The notes beneath the pieces were generated by a model. That model had not been told where the DNA came from and ran no database searches. It saw only the letters and a program-made list of their open reading frames with translations. From Clostridia bacterium (GTDB lineage Bacteria > Bacillota > Clostridia > Oscillospirales > CAG-272): DNA of 61,686 bases. Location of the stretch: NCBI GenBank assembly GCA_028720145.1, contig JAQYLJ010000050.1, positions 1 through 61,686 on the forward strand, given 5' to 3'. Made by a program: the position numbers and the translations under genes. Below are positions 1 to 9,393 of this stretch, in pieces; positions within the stretch are counted from its first letter, which is position 1, and each line of letters opens with the position of its first letter.

Positions 1-2710
1 AAGCGCGCAAGTCTTCGAGATATGCCGCCGTCTTGGGACGGAGCGGAGAATCGAGGACAGATACCGCGCCGATGACATACTTCGTCATTTCCGACTCATC
101 TGCCGAGAAATTCTTTAGGAACTCGGGAATACTCCGGAACACATCATAGGTGCGTCCTACGTGAGGATCGCGGTACGAGGTGAATGATACGAACCCGTTG
201 TTCGAGAAACTGGCACGAGTGCCGTAAGCGCCGCCTTTCACCCGAACCTCGCTCCAAAGGTAGTCATAGGTGAGCATCTTCGAGAGGACGAGTTGAACGC
301 CGCTGTAAGGCATCCCGCAGGCGGCGAGATCAAGCGCCACTGCATCGTAAACGACGGAGCCCGGGATTTTGACCGCCTCGCTTGCAGTCTCTGTGGGGTG
401 TTCCACGCGGGAGGGCGCCTGTTTCACCGCCTTGACGCACGAGAGAGGGTGCGCCAGATATACTTCCTTTCCCGCAGACGAACCGACAAACGAGATACAG
501 GGTGCACTTTCGGTCAAAATGGTTTTCAAAAGCGAGTTCAGTTTCTCACAGACAGCGTCGATTTTCTCGTCGAGATGGTCGCAGAGGTCGGTGAGAAAAT
601 CACGATACCCGACATACTTGGCCGCATCGTCATAGAGACCTGCCGTCGAGAGACGGCTCATCGCGTGGGCAGAGGCATAGGAGTCGCCCGTGCGAATGAT
701 GTAAGAATCCTCGGTCGCCTTCGCCTGACGAATCATCTCGGATACCTCTTCGGGACGGAAGACCACGCGGGTAAGCCCCTCTTCGAGAAGTCTCTTCGCC
801 TCGGTGTCTTTCTCTTCAAGATAACTGCAAAGGAAAGTCAGGAGCGGATGATAATCCTCTCTGTTCTCGAACTTCTGATAGCCGTCGAGTGACGCGGAGA
901 GGGAGCCGAGATTCTTATCGACATCGTTGAGATAGGAAAACATATCGCGGTCTTCGGTCGAAAGGTTGAAGAGCCCGTTTGCCAGCAAACTGACATACGG
1001 CATATCGGACAGCGGGATTTCCGAAATATCAAAGTATCCTTTGAGATAGGAAATGCCGGAGGTCGCCATGCGATAGAATCTGTGTGGCACCCCGCTAACC
1101 TCGCTTACATCGGCGTGGACGGGCGTATAGGTGCGGGTGAGATCCTCGCGCTCGAGATGCGGCAGCATTTTTTTGATTTCCGGCGTGTCTTCGGTGGTCT
1201 GATAGAGGTTCAGCAGTTTGGCTTTTTCCTGCCAAGCGGCAAGCCCCGCTTCCCCGATTGCCGCTTCGTAGGACGCGACCGCTTTCGCTTCGGCGGCGAT
1301 CCGCTCTTGCGCTTTCGTTTCGGAGGGTTCCAAAACGAGGGTCAGCGCGTGTTCGTGGGAGAGCAGATGCTTGCGAATGAGGTTTTCAAAATACCCGTTC
1401 TCCATTTCGGAGCGGATTTCATTCAGAATCTTACGGTTTTTGAGAGGCGCGGTGGGATTCCCGCCATAGAGCCAGCTGTCCATCACGCTGATGCCATAGA
1501 TGACCCCGGGCGCCATGCCGGTATCGCGCTCCCGCAGTTCAAAGTCCATCTGGTTAATGGTCGCGGTGAGCAGGTCTCTGTCAATGCCCTCGTCCGCGAG
1601 TTTCGTCAGCGTCTCGGTCAAAACCGCGAGGAAGCGGTCTTTCGAGGACGCATCGGCTTTTTTCAGACGGAAAGTCACACACGGCTGATAGATGCCGTCA
1701 TCCACCCACGCGGAGAATTCGTCTCCGAGTTTCTCATCGAGTATCGCCCGTTTCAGGGGTGCCGCGTTTGAGGATGTCAGCGCATCAAGGAGCAGGCGCA
1801 TCCCCATCTGGGTCTTGCGGTCATCAAAATCGCAGAGCATGACCGAGCGACCGAGATATGTGTTCCGTTCTTTGCTCTCCCCCTCCCCTAGTTCATAGGT
1901 CTCATACGCCGTCTGATCTCCGATGGGTGCCTGCTTCTGAATCTCAAAGCGGATACCCTGTTTGGTATAAGCGGAGAGATAGTTCGTGTCGAGGAACGCG
2001 AGCGCTTCTTCAATATTCACTTTCCCGTAGAGGTAAATGTAACTGTTTTCGGGAGAATAGAATTTCTTATGTGTCGCGATGAACTGCTCATAGGTGAGAT
2101 CGGGGATATTCTTCGGGTCCCCGCCGGAATTGAACGAGTACAGCGTATCCGGGAACATATGGGCAGCAATCGCGTCATAAAAGACCGTATCCGGCGAAGA
2201 AAGACTCCCCTTCATTTCATTGTAGACGACACCGCTGAACGCAGACGGTTTCCCGTCTTTCGCCGCCTCGTAATGCCATCCTTCCTGCATGAAAATTTCT
2301 TCTTTCTTGTAAATCAGCGGATGAAGGACAGCATCCATGTAGACATCCATGAGATTGATAAAGTCTTTCTCGTTGGTAGATGCGATGGGATACATGGTCT
2401 TATCGGCGAACGTCATCGCGTTGAGGAAAGTTTGGAGCGAGCCCTTTATCAAGTCGACAAACGGTTCTCTGAGCGGGAATTTCTCGGAGCCGTTCAGAAC
2501 CGAGTGCTCCAAAATGTGAAACACACCGGTACTGTCCTCGGGTAGCGTCTTAAACGAGATGGAAAACGCGCGGTTCTCATCGTCTGCGGAGAGCCAAAGG
2601 AGATCCGCGCCGCTTTTGAGATGGGTAAAGCGATAAGCGACCGCTTCCATCTCGGGGATCTCTTCAATCGATTCCAGACGGAATCCGTGCAAAACATCCG
2701 ATACTTTCAT
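1..2710 (-). CDS. M16-family (insulinase/PreP-like) zinc metallopeptidase; the 3' end runs off the left edge of the window
   Basis: Absent from the ORF track because there is no in-window stop. A reverse-strand ATG at 2710..2708 gives MKVSDVLHGFRLESIEEIPEMEA. Codons 65-69 (2518..2504) read HILEH, the inverted-zincin HxxEH motif, followed by SVLNGSEKFP. No minus-strand ORF in this frame is listed, so the frame stays open to position 1 (~903 codons). The + strand ORFs here look like antisense shadows. Confidence 0.8.
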   Translation of the reverse strand, partial: MKVSDVLHGFRLESIEEIPEMEAVAYRFTHLKSGADLLWLSADDENRAFSISFKTLPEDSTGVFHILEHSVLNGSEKFPLREPFVDLIKGSLQTFLNAMTFADKTMYPIASTNEKDFINLMDVYMDAVLHPLIYKKEEIFMQEGWHYEAAKDGKPSAFSGVVYNEMKGSLSSPDTVFYDAIAAHMFPDTLYSFNSGGDPKNIPDLTYEQFIATHKKFYSPENSYIYLYGKVNIEEALAFLDTNYLSAYTKQGIRFEIQKQAPIGDQTAYETYELGEGESKERNTYLGRSVMLCDFDDRKTQMGMRLLLDALTSSNAAPLKRAILDEKLGDEFSAWVDDGIYQPCVTFRLKKADASSKDRFLAVLTETLTKLADEGIDRDLLTATINQMDFELRERDTGMAPGVIYGISVMDSWLYGGNPTAPLKNRKILNEIRSEMENGYFENLIRKHLLSHEHALTLVLEPSETKAQERIAAEAKAVASYEAAIGEAGLAAWQEKAKLLNLYQTTEDTPEIKKMLPHLEREDLTRTYTPVHADVSEVSGVPHRFYRMATSGISYLKGYFDISEIPLSDMPYVSLLANGLFNLSTEDRDMFSYLNDVDKNLGSLSASLDGYQKFENREDYHPLLTFLCSYLEEKDTEAKRLLEEGLTRVVFRPEEVSEMIRQAKATEDSYIIRTGDSYASAHAMSRLSTAGLYDDAAKYVGYRDFLTDLCDHLDEKIDAVCEKLNSLLKTILTESAPCISFVGSSAGKEVYLAHPLSCVKAVKQAPSRVEHPTETASEAVKIPGSVVYDAVALDLAACGMPYSGVQLVLSKMLTYDYLWSEVRVKGGAYGTRASFSNNGFVSFTSYRDPHVGRTYDVFRSIPEFLKNFSADESEMTKYVIGAVSVLDSPLRPKTAAYLEDLRA

Positions 2711-2726
2711 ATATATACTCCTGTTT

Positions 2727-4220
2727 TCAAGATTTGTGATAAAGTTTTTTGCTTTGATAGACGGGATCACAGGTGAGATGACATCCGAGTTTCTTAAGTA
2801 CATTCTCATCCACTTGAGAGAGGATCACGGTCGAGTGGACTTCACTGCCGCGGAGCGCCGCCAAATGGTCGACCGCGTGTTTCGCCGTCGGGTTGGTGAG
2901 TGCGGATACCGCGAGAGCAATCAGAACCTCATCGGTATGCAGGCGCGGGTTATGGTTCCCCATCAGACCGACTTTGAGAGACTGAATCGGTGTAATGATT
3001 TCGGGAGAAATGAGCGGAATCCGATCGGGAATCCCCGCGAGTGCTTTTACTGCGTTGAGTAGACACGCGGAAGCGGCGCCGAGCAGCGACGAAGTCCTCC
3101 CCGTCACGATCTCGCCGTTCGGCAGTTCCCAAGCAACGGCGGGTGTGCTGCTTTCCTCGGCTTTTTTCTGTGCCGCCGCGATGACGGGACGGTCGGAGAC
3201 GGAAATCCCCGCTTTATTCATAATGATTTCGATTTTGGTCGCGTCGGTGCCGTCCGAGGTGCCTTTTCGTTTGTCGCAGAGTGCTTTATAGTAGCGTCTG
3301 ATGATCTCGTCCTTCGCCGCTTCTTGCGCGCCTTCATCGTCAATCAGGCAGTAACCCGCCATGTTGACCCCCATATCCGTCGGCGACTGATACGGGCACT
3401 CCCCTCCGCTGACGAGTTTCAGAATCGCGGATACGACCGGGAAGATCTCGACATCGCGATTATAGTTGACGGTAGACACGCCGTAGGCCTCCATGTGATA
3501 CGGGTCAATCATGTTGACATCGCTGAGGTCGGCGGTCGCCGCCTCGTACGCCATGTTGACGGGATGCCCGAGCGGGAGATTCCAAATGGGGAAAGTCTCG
3601 AATTTGGCGTACCCCGATGCGATTCCGTGCTTATGGTCATGATACATATTGGAAAGACAGACCGCCATCTTCCCCGAGCCGGGACCGGGTGCGGTCACGA
3701 CGACGAGGCGTCTCTCGGTCTCGATATACTCGTTCTTTCCATAGCCGTCATCGCTGACAATCAGCGGGAGATTCGCGGGATAGCCGGCAATCGGATAATG
3801 ACGGTAGGTTTTCATCCCAAGTGCTTCCAAGCGGTTTTGGAACGCCTCGGCGGACTTCTGCCCGTCAAACCGCGTCAGAACGACGCTCCCCACATAGAGT
3901 CCAATCTCGCGGAACGCATCAATGAGACGCAGGACATCCTGTTCATAGGTAATGCTGAGGTCTCCGCGCACCTTGCTTTTCTCAATGTCGGCAGCGTTAA
4001 TCGCAATCACAATTTCCGCCTCATCCTTCATCTCGACGAGCATCTTCACCTTGCTGTCGGGGGCAAATCCCGGCAGCACGCGCGACGCGTGATAATCGTC
4101 AAAGAGTTTCCCGCCAAATTCCAGATAGAGCTTCCCCCCGAACTGCGCGATTCTTTCACGGATTTTCTCGGATTGCAGTTTCGTGTATTTCTCCGCATCA
4201 AAGCATTTTTTGTACATCAT
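2727..4220 (-). CDS. DUF1846 (UPF0371) family protein
   Basis: ORF 2727..4292. The conserved part begins at MMYKKCFDAEKYTKLQSEKIRERI...GGKLFDDYHASRVLPGF and includes TAPGPGSGK. An AAGAGGTG RBS sits just upstream of the ATGATG at 4220/4217, and the upstream 24 codons look like read-through. Confidence 0.8.
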   Translation of the reverse strand: MMYKKCFDAEKYTKLQSEKIRERIAQFGGKLYLEFGGKLFDDYHASRVLPGFAPDSKVKMLVEMKDEAEIVIAINAADIEKSKVRGDLSITYEQDVLRLIDAFREIGLYVGSVVLTRFDGQKSAEAFQNRLEALGMKTYRHYPIAGYPANLPLIVSDDGYGKNEYIETERRLVVVTAPGPGSGKMAVCLSNMYHDHKHGIASGYAKFETFPIWNLPLGHPVNMAYEAATADLSDVNMIDPYHMEAYGVSTVNYNRDVEIFPVVSAILKLVSGGECPYQSPTDMGVNMAGYCLIDDEGAQEAAKDEIIRRYYKALCDKRKGTSDGTDATKIEIIMNKAGISVSDRPVIAAAQKKAEESSTPAVAWELPNGEIVTGRTSSLLGAASACLLNAVKALAGIPDRIPLISPEIITPIQSLKVGLMGNHNPRLHTDEVLIALAVSALTNPTAKHAVDHLAALRGSEVHSTVILSQVDENVLKKLGCHLTCDPVYQSKKLYHKS

Positions 4221-4263
4221 GCACCTCTTGTTGTCGTCGGTTTCCGTAAATACATTACAGTAT

Positions 4264-4292
4264 ATTTTAACATTATCTATCTTTCGACGCAA
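4264..4292 (-). promoter_or_regulatory. sigma-A-type promoter for the DUF1846 gene
   Basis: The minus strand reads TTGCGT-17 nt-TAAAAT, with TG upstream of the -10 (extended -10). Confidence 0.45.
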
Positions 4293-4363
4293 GGGTTCTT
4301 ACAAAAAATAAAGCGCGTTTCCGTCTCCTTTGCAATCTTTGTCGAGGATTCCCAAAACGGCTG

Positions 4364-4392
4364 TTGATTTTTTGGTTTCGTTGTGGTATCAT
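4364..4392 (+). promoter_or_regulatory. sigma-A-type promoter for the small lipoprotein gene pair
   Basis: TTGATT (4364..4369), a 17-nt spacer, then TGgTATCAT (the -10 at 4387..4392). Confidence 0.45.
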
Positions 4393-4411
4393 TCTCTCAA
4401 AAGGAGGAGTT

Positions 4412-4786
4412 GCTATGACTTGGAGACGCACAATCGCGGTACTATGCTTGCTTTCCTGCTTCCTGCTCCTCTTCACCGGCTGTGGGGAGGACGATTCCTC
4501 ATGGTACGCGGGGCATCAACACAAATATCTTTCTACCCATATTGACGGCACCTGTATCGCCTACGGCTACACCGAATACCGCTGCCACTGCGGAGATACG
4601 TATCGTATCTACGACGACTACCTCGGGTATCACAGTCATGAAGGCATCGCCACGGTCGACCTGAATAAGACCTATTCAGACGGCGGTGTCCAGTCGAGGA
4701 AGTGTCAGTGGTGCGGCGAACGCATCGACATCTCCGAGACCGACCCGTACACGGAACCCGATCTGCCGTTTATCCCAATCAAATAG
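4412..4786 (+). CDS. small Cys/His-rich lipoprotein, unknown function
   Basis: An AAAGGAGGAG RBS precedes the ATG at 4412. The signal peptide MTWRRTIAVLCLLSCFLLLFTGC carries a lipobox (LFTG/C). The mature part has CxC, CxxC and several His residues. Confidence 0.6.
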   Translation, partial: AMTWRRTIAVLCLLSCFLLLFTGCGEDDSSWYAGHQHKYLSTHIDGTCIAYGYTEYRCHCGDTYRIYDDYLGYHSHEGIATVDLNKTYSDGGVQSRKCQWCGERIDISETDPYTEPDLPFIPIK

Positions 4787-4797
4787 GAGAGCACACC

Positions 4798-4986
4798 ATG
4801 AAAAAATCAAACAAAAATAAAACGGGACTCGTCCTCGGGATTATTCTCGGATGCGTTGCGCTCCTGACGGTTATCGCGGGGATCATCATCGGCATCACTT
4901 CTCGGAATGCGGACGATTCGACAGACACGAGTCAACCGTCCGATAGATCCGGTGAGGATATCGATTTACCGGTTGACTTGTTTTAA
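4798..4986 (+). CDS. 62-aa single-pass membrane protein, unknown function
   Basis: A TAGGAGAG RBS precedes the ATG at 4798. The protein reads MKKSNKNKTGLVLGIILGCVALLTVIAGIIIGI (a basic N-terminus plus one TM helix), followed by an acidic tail. Confidence 0.5.
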   Translation: MKKSNKNKTGLVLGIILGCVALLTVIAGIIIGITSRNADDSTDTSQPSDRSGEDIDLPVDLF

Positions 4987-5024
4987 TGCAATTCATCGTC
5001 TCACTGTATTGTTGATAAATAAGA

Positions 5025-5058
5025 GACAGGCGCGGATACCCGCGCCTGTCATTTTGTT
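5025..5058. terminator. bidirectional intrinsic terminator between convergent genes
   Basis: GACAGGCGCGG-ATAC-CCGCGCCTGTC hairpin (5025..5050) followed by ATTTTGTT. It lies between the stop of the 4798 gene and the stop of leuS. Confidence 0.7.
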
Positions 5059-7466
5059 TAGTTGGGTTTGACAACAAAGTTCAGAATCTTGTTCGGGACA
5101 TAGATTTCCTTGACGATTTGGAATCCGTTCAGCATTGCCGCTATTTTTTCATCCGCTTTCGCAATTTGGAGTGCGGTATCCCGCGGGCAATCGGTGGGAA
5201 TCGCAATGACTGCGCGCATCTTACCGTTGAACTGGACGCCGATTTCTACCGTCGCATCCACGGTCTTGCTCTCATCATAGTCAGGCCACGACGAGAGGGA
5301 GCACAGCGTCTTGTTCCCGAGTTTCTCCCAAATCTCCTCCGATAGATGAGGAGCGAATGGGCAAAGGATGCGGATGAACGCAGACAGTTCTTCTTCGGTC
5401 AGTCCGCCCGCCTCGTCCACATCGTTGAGGAATCCCATCATCGCCGCGATGGCGGTATTGAACTTCATATCCTCGATGTCCTGAGAAACCTTGCGAATAG
5501 TCTTGTGGAGCGAAGAAGAGAGTTTCGGGGTCTCGCCACTGCCCCTCACCATATCCGGCAGGTCAGCGACGCGTTCGAGGAAACGCTTACAGCCGCGGAC
5601 GCTGGATTCCGACCACGGAGCGGCAGAGCCATAATCGCCCATAAAGAGGATATAGACACGGAGAACATCCGCACCAACTTCATCGACCACATCGTTCGGG
5701 TTGACAACATTTCCCTTGGATTTGCTCATCTTATCTCCGTCGGGACCGAGAATCAACCCCTGCGCGGAGCGTTTCGCATACGGCTCTGCGGTCGGTACCA
5801 CGCCGATATCGTAGAGGAACTTGTGCCAGAACCGCGAATAAATCAGGTGACGGGTCACATGTTCCATACCGCCGTTATACCAGTCTACGGGGAGCCAGTA
5901 TTTGAGGAGTTCGGGGTCTGCGAGTGCCTTGTCATTATGCGGATCAATGTAGCGGAGATAGTACCAAGATGACCCTGCCCATTGCGGCATGGTATCGGTC
6001 TCGCGTTTCGCGTCACCGCCGCACTTCGGGCAGCGGCAGTTCACGAACTCGGGAATCTTCGCGAGTGGGCTTTCCCCGCCCTCACCGGGAGCGAACTCCG
6101 AAATTTTCGGCAGACGGAGAGGGAGTTCTTCATAGGGTACGGGTACCATGCCGCAGTGCGGGCAATGTACGATCGGAATCGGCTCGCCCCAGTACCGCTG
6201 TCGGTTGAATGCCCAGTCTTTCATCTTGTACTGAACGCCGCCTTCGCCATATCCCTTCTCTTCAAGATAAGAGATCATTTTGGCGATGGAATCTTTTTTG
6301 TTGGTATATCCGTTTAAGAATCCCGAGTTCACCATCTCGCCATCACCGGTATATGCGCCCTCTTCGATATTCCCGCCGCGAATCACCTCGATGATGTCGA
6401 TCCCGAATTTTTTGGCGAACGCCCAGTCTCTCTCGTCATGGGCGGGAACCGCCATGATGGCGCCGGTACCGTATCCCATCATGACATAGTCCGAGATGTA
6501 AATCGGGATTTCTTTTCCCGTCACGGGATTGATGGCGGTCAGACCGTCGATTTTCACACCTGTCTTGTCTTTCACAAGTTGGGTGCGCTCAAACTCCGTC
6601 TTTTTCGCACACTCCTCTTTGTAGGCGTCCAGCGCATCGGTGTTCCGAATGCTGTCACGGTACTTTTCGAGGATGGGATGCTCGGGCGCGATGACCATAA
6701 AGGTCACGCCGAACAGGGTGTCGGGACGGGTCGTATAGATGCGGAGCGTATCCTCCTTGCCGGAAAGCGGGAAATTCACGAACGCACCGCGGGACTTCCC
6801 GATCCAGTTGACCTGCTGTTGTTTGATGTTCAGCGGGTAATCCACGGTGTCGAGTCCTTCGAGAAGTTTGTCCGCGTATTCGGTAATCCGCAGATACCAG
6901 ACATCTTTCGATTTCTGAATGATATCCGAATGACAAATATCGCACTTGCCGCCTTGGCTGTCTTCGTTCGACAAAACGACCTTACACGACGGACAATAGT
7001 TGACGAGAGCAGTGCTGCGGAACGCGAGACCCTGCTCAAACATTTTGAGGAAAATCCACTGCGTCCAACGGTAGTAGTCCTCTTCGGTCGTGTCGATGAC
7101 ACGCGTCCAATCGAAAGAAAAGCCGACACGCTTTAACTGGCTCGTAAACTTTGCGATATTCTGATCGGTCACGGCACGCGGATGAATCCCCGTTTTGATG
7201 GCGTAGTTTTCGGTCGGGAGTCCGAAGGCATCGAAACCCATCGGGAACAGGACATTATATCCCTGCATTCGGCGTTTTCTCGAAATCACTTCGAGTCCGC
7301 TGTACGCTTTGATATGTCCGACATGCATCCCCGCGCCGGACGGATACGGGAACTCCACCAATGCGTAGAACTTGGGTTTGGTCGTATCGTTTTTGGCGAT
7401 GAAGGCACCTTCGTCTTCCCATCTCTTCTGCCACTTTGCCTCAATTGTCTTGAAGTCGTATTTCAT
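5058..7466 (-). CDS. leuS: leucyl-tRNA synthetase
   Basis: 802 aa, starting MKYDFKTIEAKWQKRWEDEGAF. It has a class-I HIGH-type motif (HVGH) and KMSKSKGN. A GAGGAAA RBS is present. Confidence 0.97.
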   Translation of the reverse strand: MKYDFKTIEAKWQKRWEDEGAFIAKNDTTKPKFYALVEFPYPSGAGMHVGHIKAYSGLEVISRKRRMQGYNVLFPMGFDAFGLPTENYAIKTGIHPRAVTDQNIAKFTSQLKRVGFSFDWTRVIDTTEEDYYRWTQWIFLKMFEQGLAFRSTALVNYCPSCKVVLSNEDSQGGKCDICHSDIIQKSKDVWYLRITEYADKLLEGLDTVDYPLNIKQQQVNWIGKSRGAFVNFPLSGKEDTLRIYTTRPDTLFGVTFMVIAPEHPILEKYRDSIRNTDALDAYKEECAKKTEFERTQLVKDKTGVKIDGLTAINPVTGKEIPIYISDYVMMGYGTGAIMAVPAHDERDWAFAKKFGIDIIEVIRGGNIEEGAYTGDGEMVNSGFLNGYTNKKDSIAKMISYLEEKGYGEGGVQYKMKDWAFNRQRYWGEPIPIVHCPHCGMVPVPYEELPLRLPKISEFAPGEGGESPLAKIPEFVNCRCPKCGGDAKRETDTMPQWAGSSWYYLRYIDPHNDKALADPELLKYWLPVDWYNGGMEHVTRHLIYSRFWHKFLYDIGVVPTAEPYAKRSAQGLILGPDGDKMSKSKGNVVNPNDVVDEVGADVLRVYILFMGDYGSAAPWSESSVRGCKRFLERVADLPDMVRGSGETPKLSSSLHKTIRKVSQDIEDMKFNTAIAAMMGFLNDVDEAGGLTEEELSAFIRILCPFAPHLSEEIWEKLGNKTLCSLSSWPDYDESKTVDATVEIGVQFNGKMRAVIAIPTDCPRDTALQIAKADEKIAAMLNGFQIVKEIYVPNKILNFVVKPN

Positions 7467-7481
7467 GGTATTTCCTCTATC

Positions 7482-7877
7482 TTAATTTTGTTTTGCTGAT
7501 TCAATAACGGATGTGATGTCAATTTTGTTCGCGGGGTCTTGCAGTCGTTCAAGGCGGTAGAACTCGCGGGAAGCGGCATCAAAAATATGAACAATCACTG
7601 TGATATAGTCAAGCAGAATCCATGATCCGCCCGATTTCCCCTCAACGCTCCGCGCATTGACCCCGCGTTCTCCCATCTCATAGTCGAGGTCATCGCCGAG
7701 GCTCTTGACATGGGTCGAAGAGCGCCCCGTTGCTATCAAATGATAGTCGGTCAGAGAGGAATCCTCCCCTGCCGCAAAGAGCTGAATGTCGGTCGCTCCT
7801 TTTTGATACAGGATGCGTACCAGTTCTTCTGCGAGCGCGAGCGGCTCTGCGTTTGTAAAATTCTTTTTCTCTTCCAT
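7482..7877 (-). CDS. rsfS: ribosome silencing factor RsfS
   Basis: An internal ATG at 7877 is preceded by AAGGAGA. The protein reads MEEKKNFTNAEPLALAEELVRILYQKGATDIQLF...DYHLIATGRSSTHV...WILLDYITVIVHIF, which is typical of RsfS/YqeL. The longer listed ORF to 8057 overlaps yqeK. Confidence 0.9.
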   Translation of the reverse strand: MEEKKNFTNAEPLALAEELVRILYQKGATDIQLFAAGEDSSLTDYHLIATGRSSTHVKSLGDDLDYEMGERGVNARSVEGKSGGSWILLDYITVIVHIFDAASREFYRLERLQDPANKIDITSVIESAKQN

Positions 7878-7885
7878 GTTTCTCC

Positions 7886-8506
7886 TTATCCCTTCTGCCG
7901 CGCGAGTTTTTCTTCGTATGCCCGATAGGCGACGAGTGTCCGCGACACAATGGGCTTTTGTTTTCGATTCAAATAGGCGACGGTATCGCCCAAAACGGCA
8001 TATACCATCTCGGCAAGGAACTCTCTCGGGCGGTCTGTCTGTTCCATCCCCGTCCAAAGTTTTTGCCGCATCGCTTGGCAGGCGGGATAGACCCGTCCCT
8101 CCTCGGTATAGTCCGCGACAAACAGGATTTCATCAAATACGGACATATCGGCGTCGCCCGTCGTATGCACCGAGATGGCGTGCAGAACCTCGGAATCGGC
8201 GTAAGCGGGCAGGTTTTCCCGAATCCATTTGACCGCCGTTAGCCCATGCAGTACCTGCGGGGATGCGATGAGTTCGTCCGTCAAGGGGATTCCCTCCGCG
8301 CGGCATACCCGAAACTGCTCATCATGCGACCACTCTTTCGTCACATCGTGCAAAAGTGCGGCAATCCGTAACTTGTCCACACTTTCAGGTAAGAGGTACG
8401 CGCCGAGCGCCGCGACTTCTTTCTCCACACCGAGCGTATGTCGGAAGCGCGCGGGCGTTTCCAGTTTCTCAATGGCGGAACGCAATTCGCTCAGTTCATC
8501 TGCCAT
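7886..8506 (-). CDS. yqeK: HD-domain bis(5'-nucleosyl)-tetraphosphatase YqeK
   Basis: Start at MADELSEL (ATG 8506). It has an HD motif (LLHDVTK) and sits in the conserved nadD-yqeK-rsfS context. It overlaps the nadD stop by 11 nt. Confidence 0.85.
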   Translation of the reverse strand: MADELSELRSAIEKLETPARFRHTLGVEKEVAALGAYLLPESVDKLRIAALLHDVTKEWSHDEQFRVCRAEGIPLTDELIASPQVLHGLTAVKWIRENLPAYADSEVLHAISVHTTGDADMSVFDEILFVADYTEEGRVYPACQAMRQKLWTGMEQTDRPREFLAEMVYAVLGDTVAYLNRKQKPIVSRTLVAYRAYEEKLARQKG

Positions 8507-9107
8507 AGCCGTAAAGCCCCCTTTCGCGAATATAGGCAAGTACCGCCGGGGTGAGATACTCGGGTGTCTCGCCACGGGAAAGGGTCTCGCGGATTTCGGT
8601 CGAACTCACCTCTTGAATCGGTGTGTCTAAAATCCTTACCGTTTTCCCGAACTTTTCGCTGTAAATCGCATTTTTTTTCGCAATTGCAAGCGTCATTTCC
8701 GCATCGCTCTCACGGCGGACACAATAGAGGTCCGCGAGCGAAAAGATCACCTCCGGCTCGTGCCATGCGTCGAGTGTCAGCATCATATCGGTCCCGATGA
8801 GAAACGCGAGTTCCCGATTCGGGGCGGCAAGCGCGCGCAGAGTGTCGGATGTGTAACTCTTGCCCTCACGCAAAATCTCCAAGTCACACACCTCGACACG
8901 CGGAATATCGGAGAATGCCAATCGGCACATAGCGAGCCTGTCAAGGGCGGACACGCCGTCTGCGAGCACTTTATGCGGCGGTTCATAGGTCGGTATAATC
9001 AAAAGTTTATCGGGCTTGATCGCTTCGGAAAAACCTTTGACCGCCAAGATATGCCCCCGATGGGGCGGCGAAAAACTGCCGCCGTAAATCCCGATTAACT
9101 CACTCAT
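8496..9107 (-). CDS. nadD: nicotinate-nucleotide adenylyltransferase
   Basis: MSELIGIYGGSFSPPHRGHI carries the (H/T)xGH nucleotidyltransferase motif; 203 aa. Confidence 0.93.
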   Translation of the reverse strand: MSELIGIYGGSFSPPHRGHILAVKGFSEAIKPDKLLIIPTYEPPHKVLADGVSALDRLAMCRLAFSDIPRVEVCDLEILREGKSYTSDTLRALAAPNRELAFLIGTDMMLTLDAWHEPEVIFSLADLYCVRRESDAEMTLAIAKKNAIYSEKFGKTVRILDTPIQEVSSTEIRETLSRGETPEYLTPAVLAYIRERGLYGYGR

Positions 9108-9393
9108 CGAGGAAAATCCTCTTCTTGTTTACGGATTCCTTATAAAGAGTAAACCGATTTCCCACCACAGCGACCACATCCGCGTGAATTGCTTCGGCAA
9201 TCACTTGTGCGCATACTGCCGCGGGCTCCTCGGAGGAATCCAGCACTTTCACTTTAATCAGTTCGCGCGCTTCGAGAGCGGCGGACAACTGGCGGTTCAT
9301 CTCTTCGGAAATCCCGCCTTTTCCAATCTGGAAAATCGGTTGAAGAGAGGTCGCCATCGAGCGTAGTTTTGCTCTTTGTTTACCGGTCAACAT
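9100..9393 (-). CDS. yhbY: ribosome assembly RNA-binding protein YhbY (CRM domain)
   Basis: 97 aa, MLTGKQRAKLRSMATSLQPIFQIGKGGISEEM. Conserved position upstream of nadD. Confidence 0.9.
   Translation of the reverse strand: MLTGKQRAKLRSMATSLQPIFQIGKGGISEEMNRQLSAALEARELIKVKVLDSSEEPAAVCAQVIAEAIHADVVAVVGNRFTLYKESVNKKRIFLDE

Noticed and set aside
7467-7481. I looked for a T-box leader upstream of leuS.
   Set aside because: Only 15 nt separate the rsfS stop from the leuS start, so no leader can exist here.
7877-8057. The N-terminal extension of rsfS (the listed 191-aa ORF). Similar long upstream extensions are listed for lon, rpe, ispF, murF, rluB, the cupin gene and the EF-G2 gene.
   Set aside because: The extensions overlap neighbouring genes or promoters, are Arg-rich, and lack RBSs. 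Internal starts with Shine-Dalgarno sequences give proteins with canonical N-termini.
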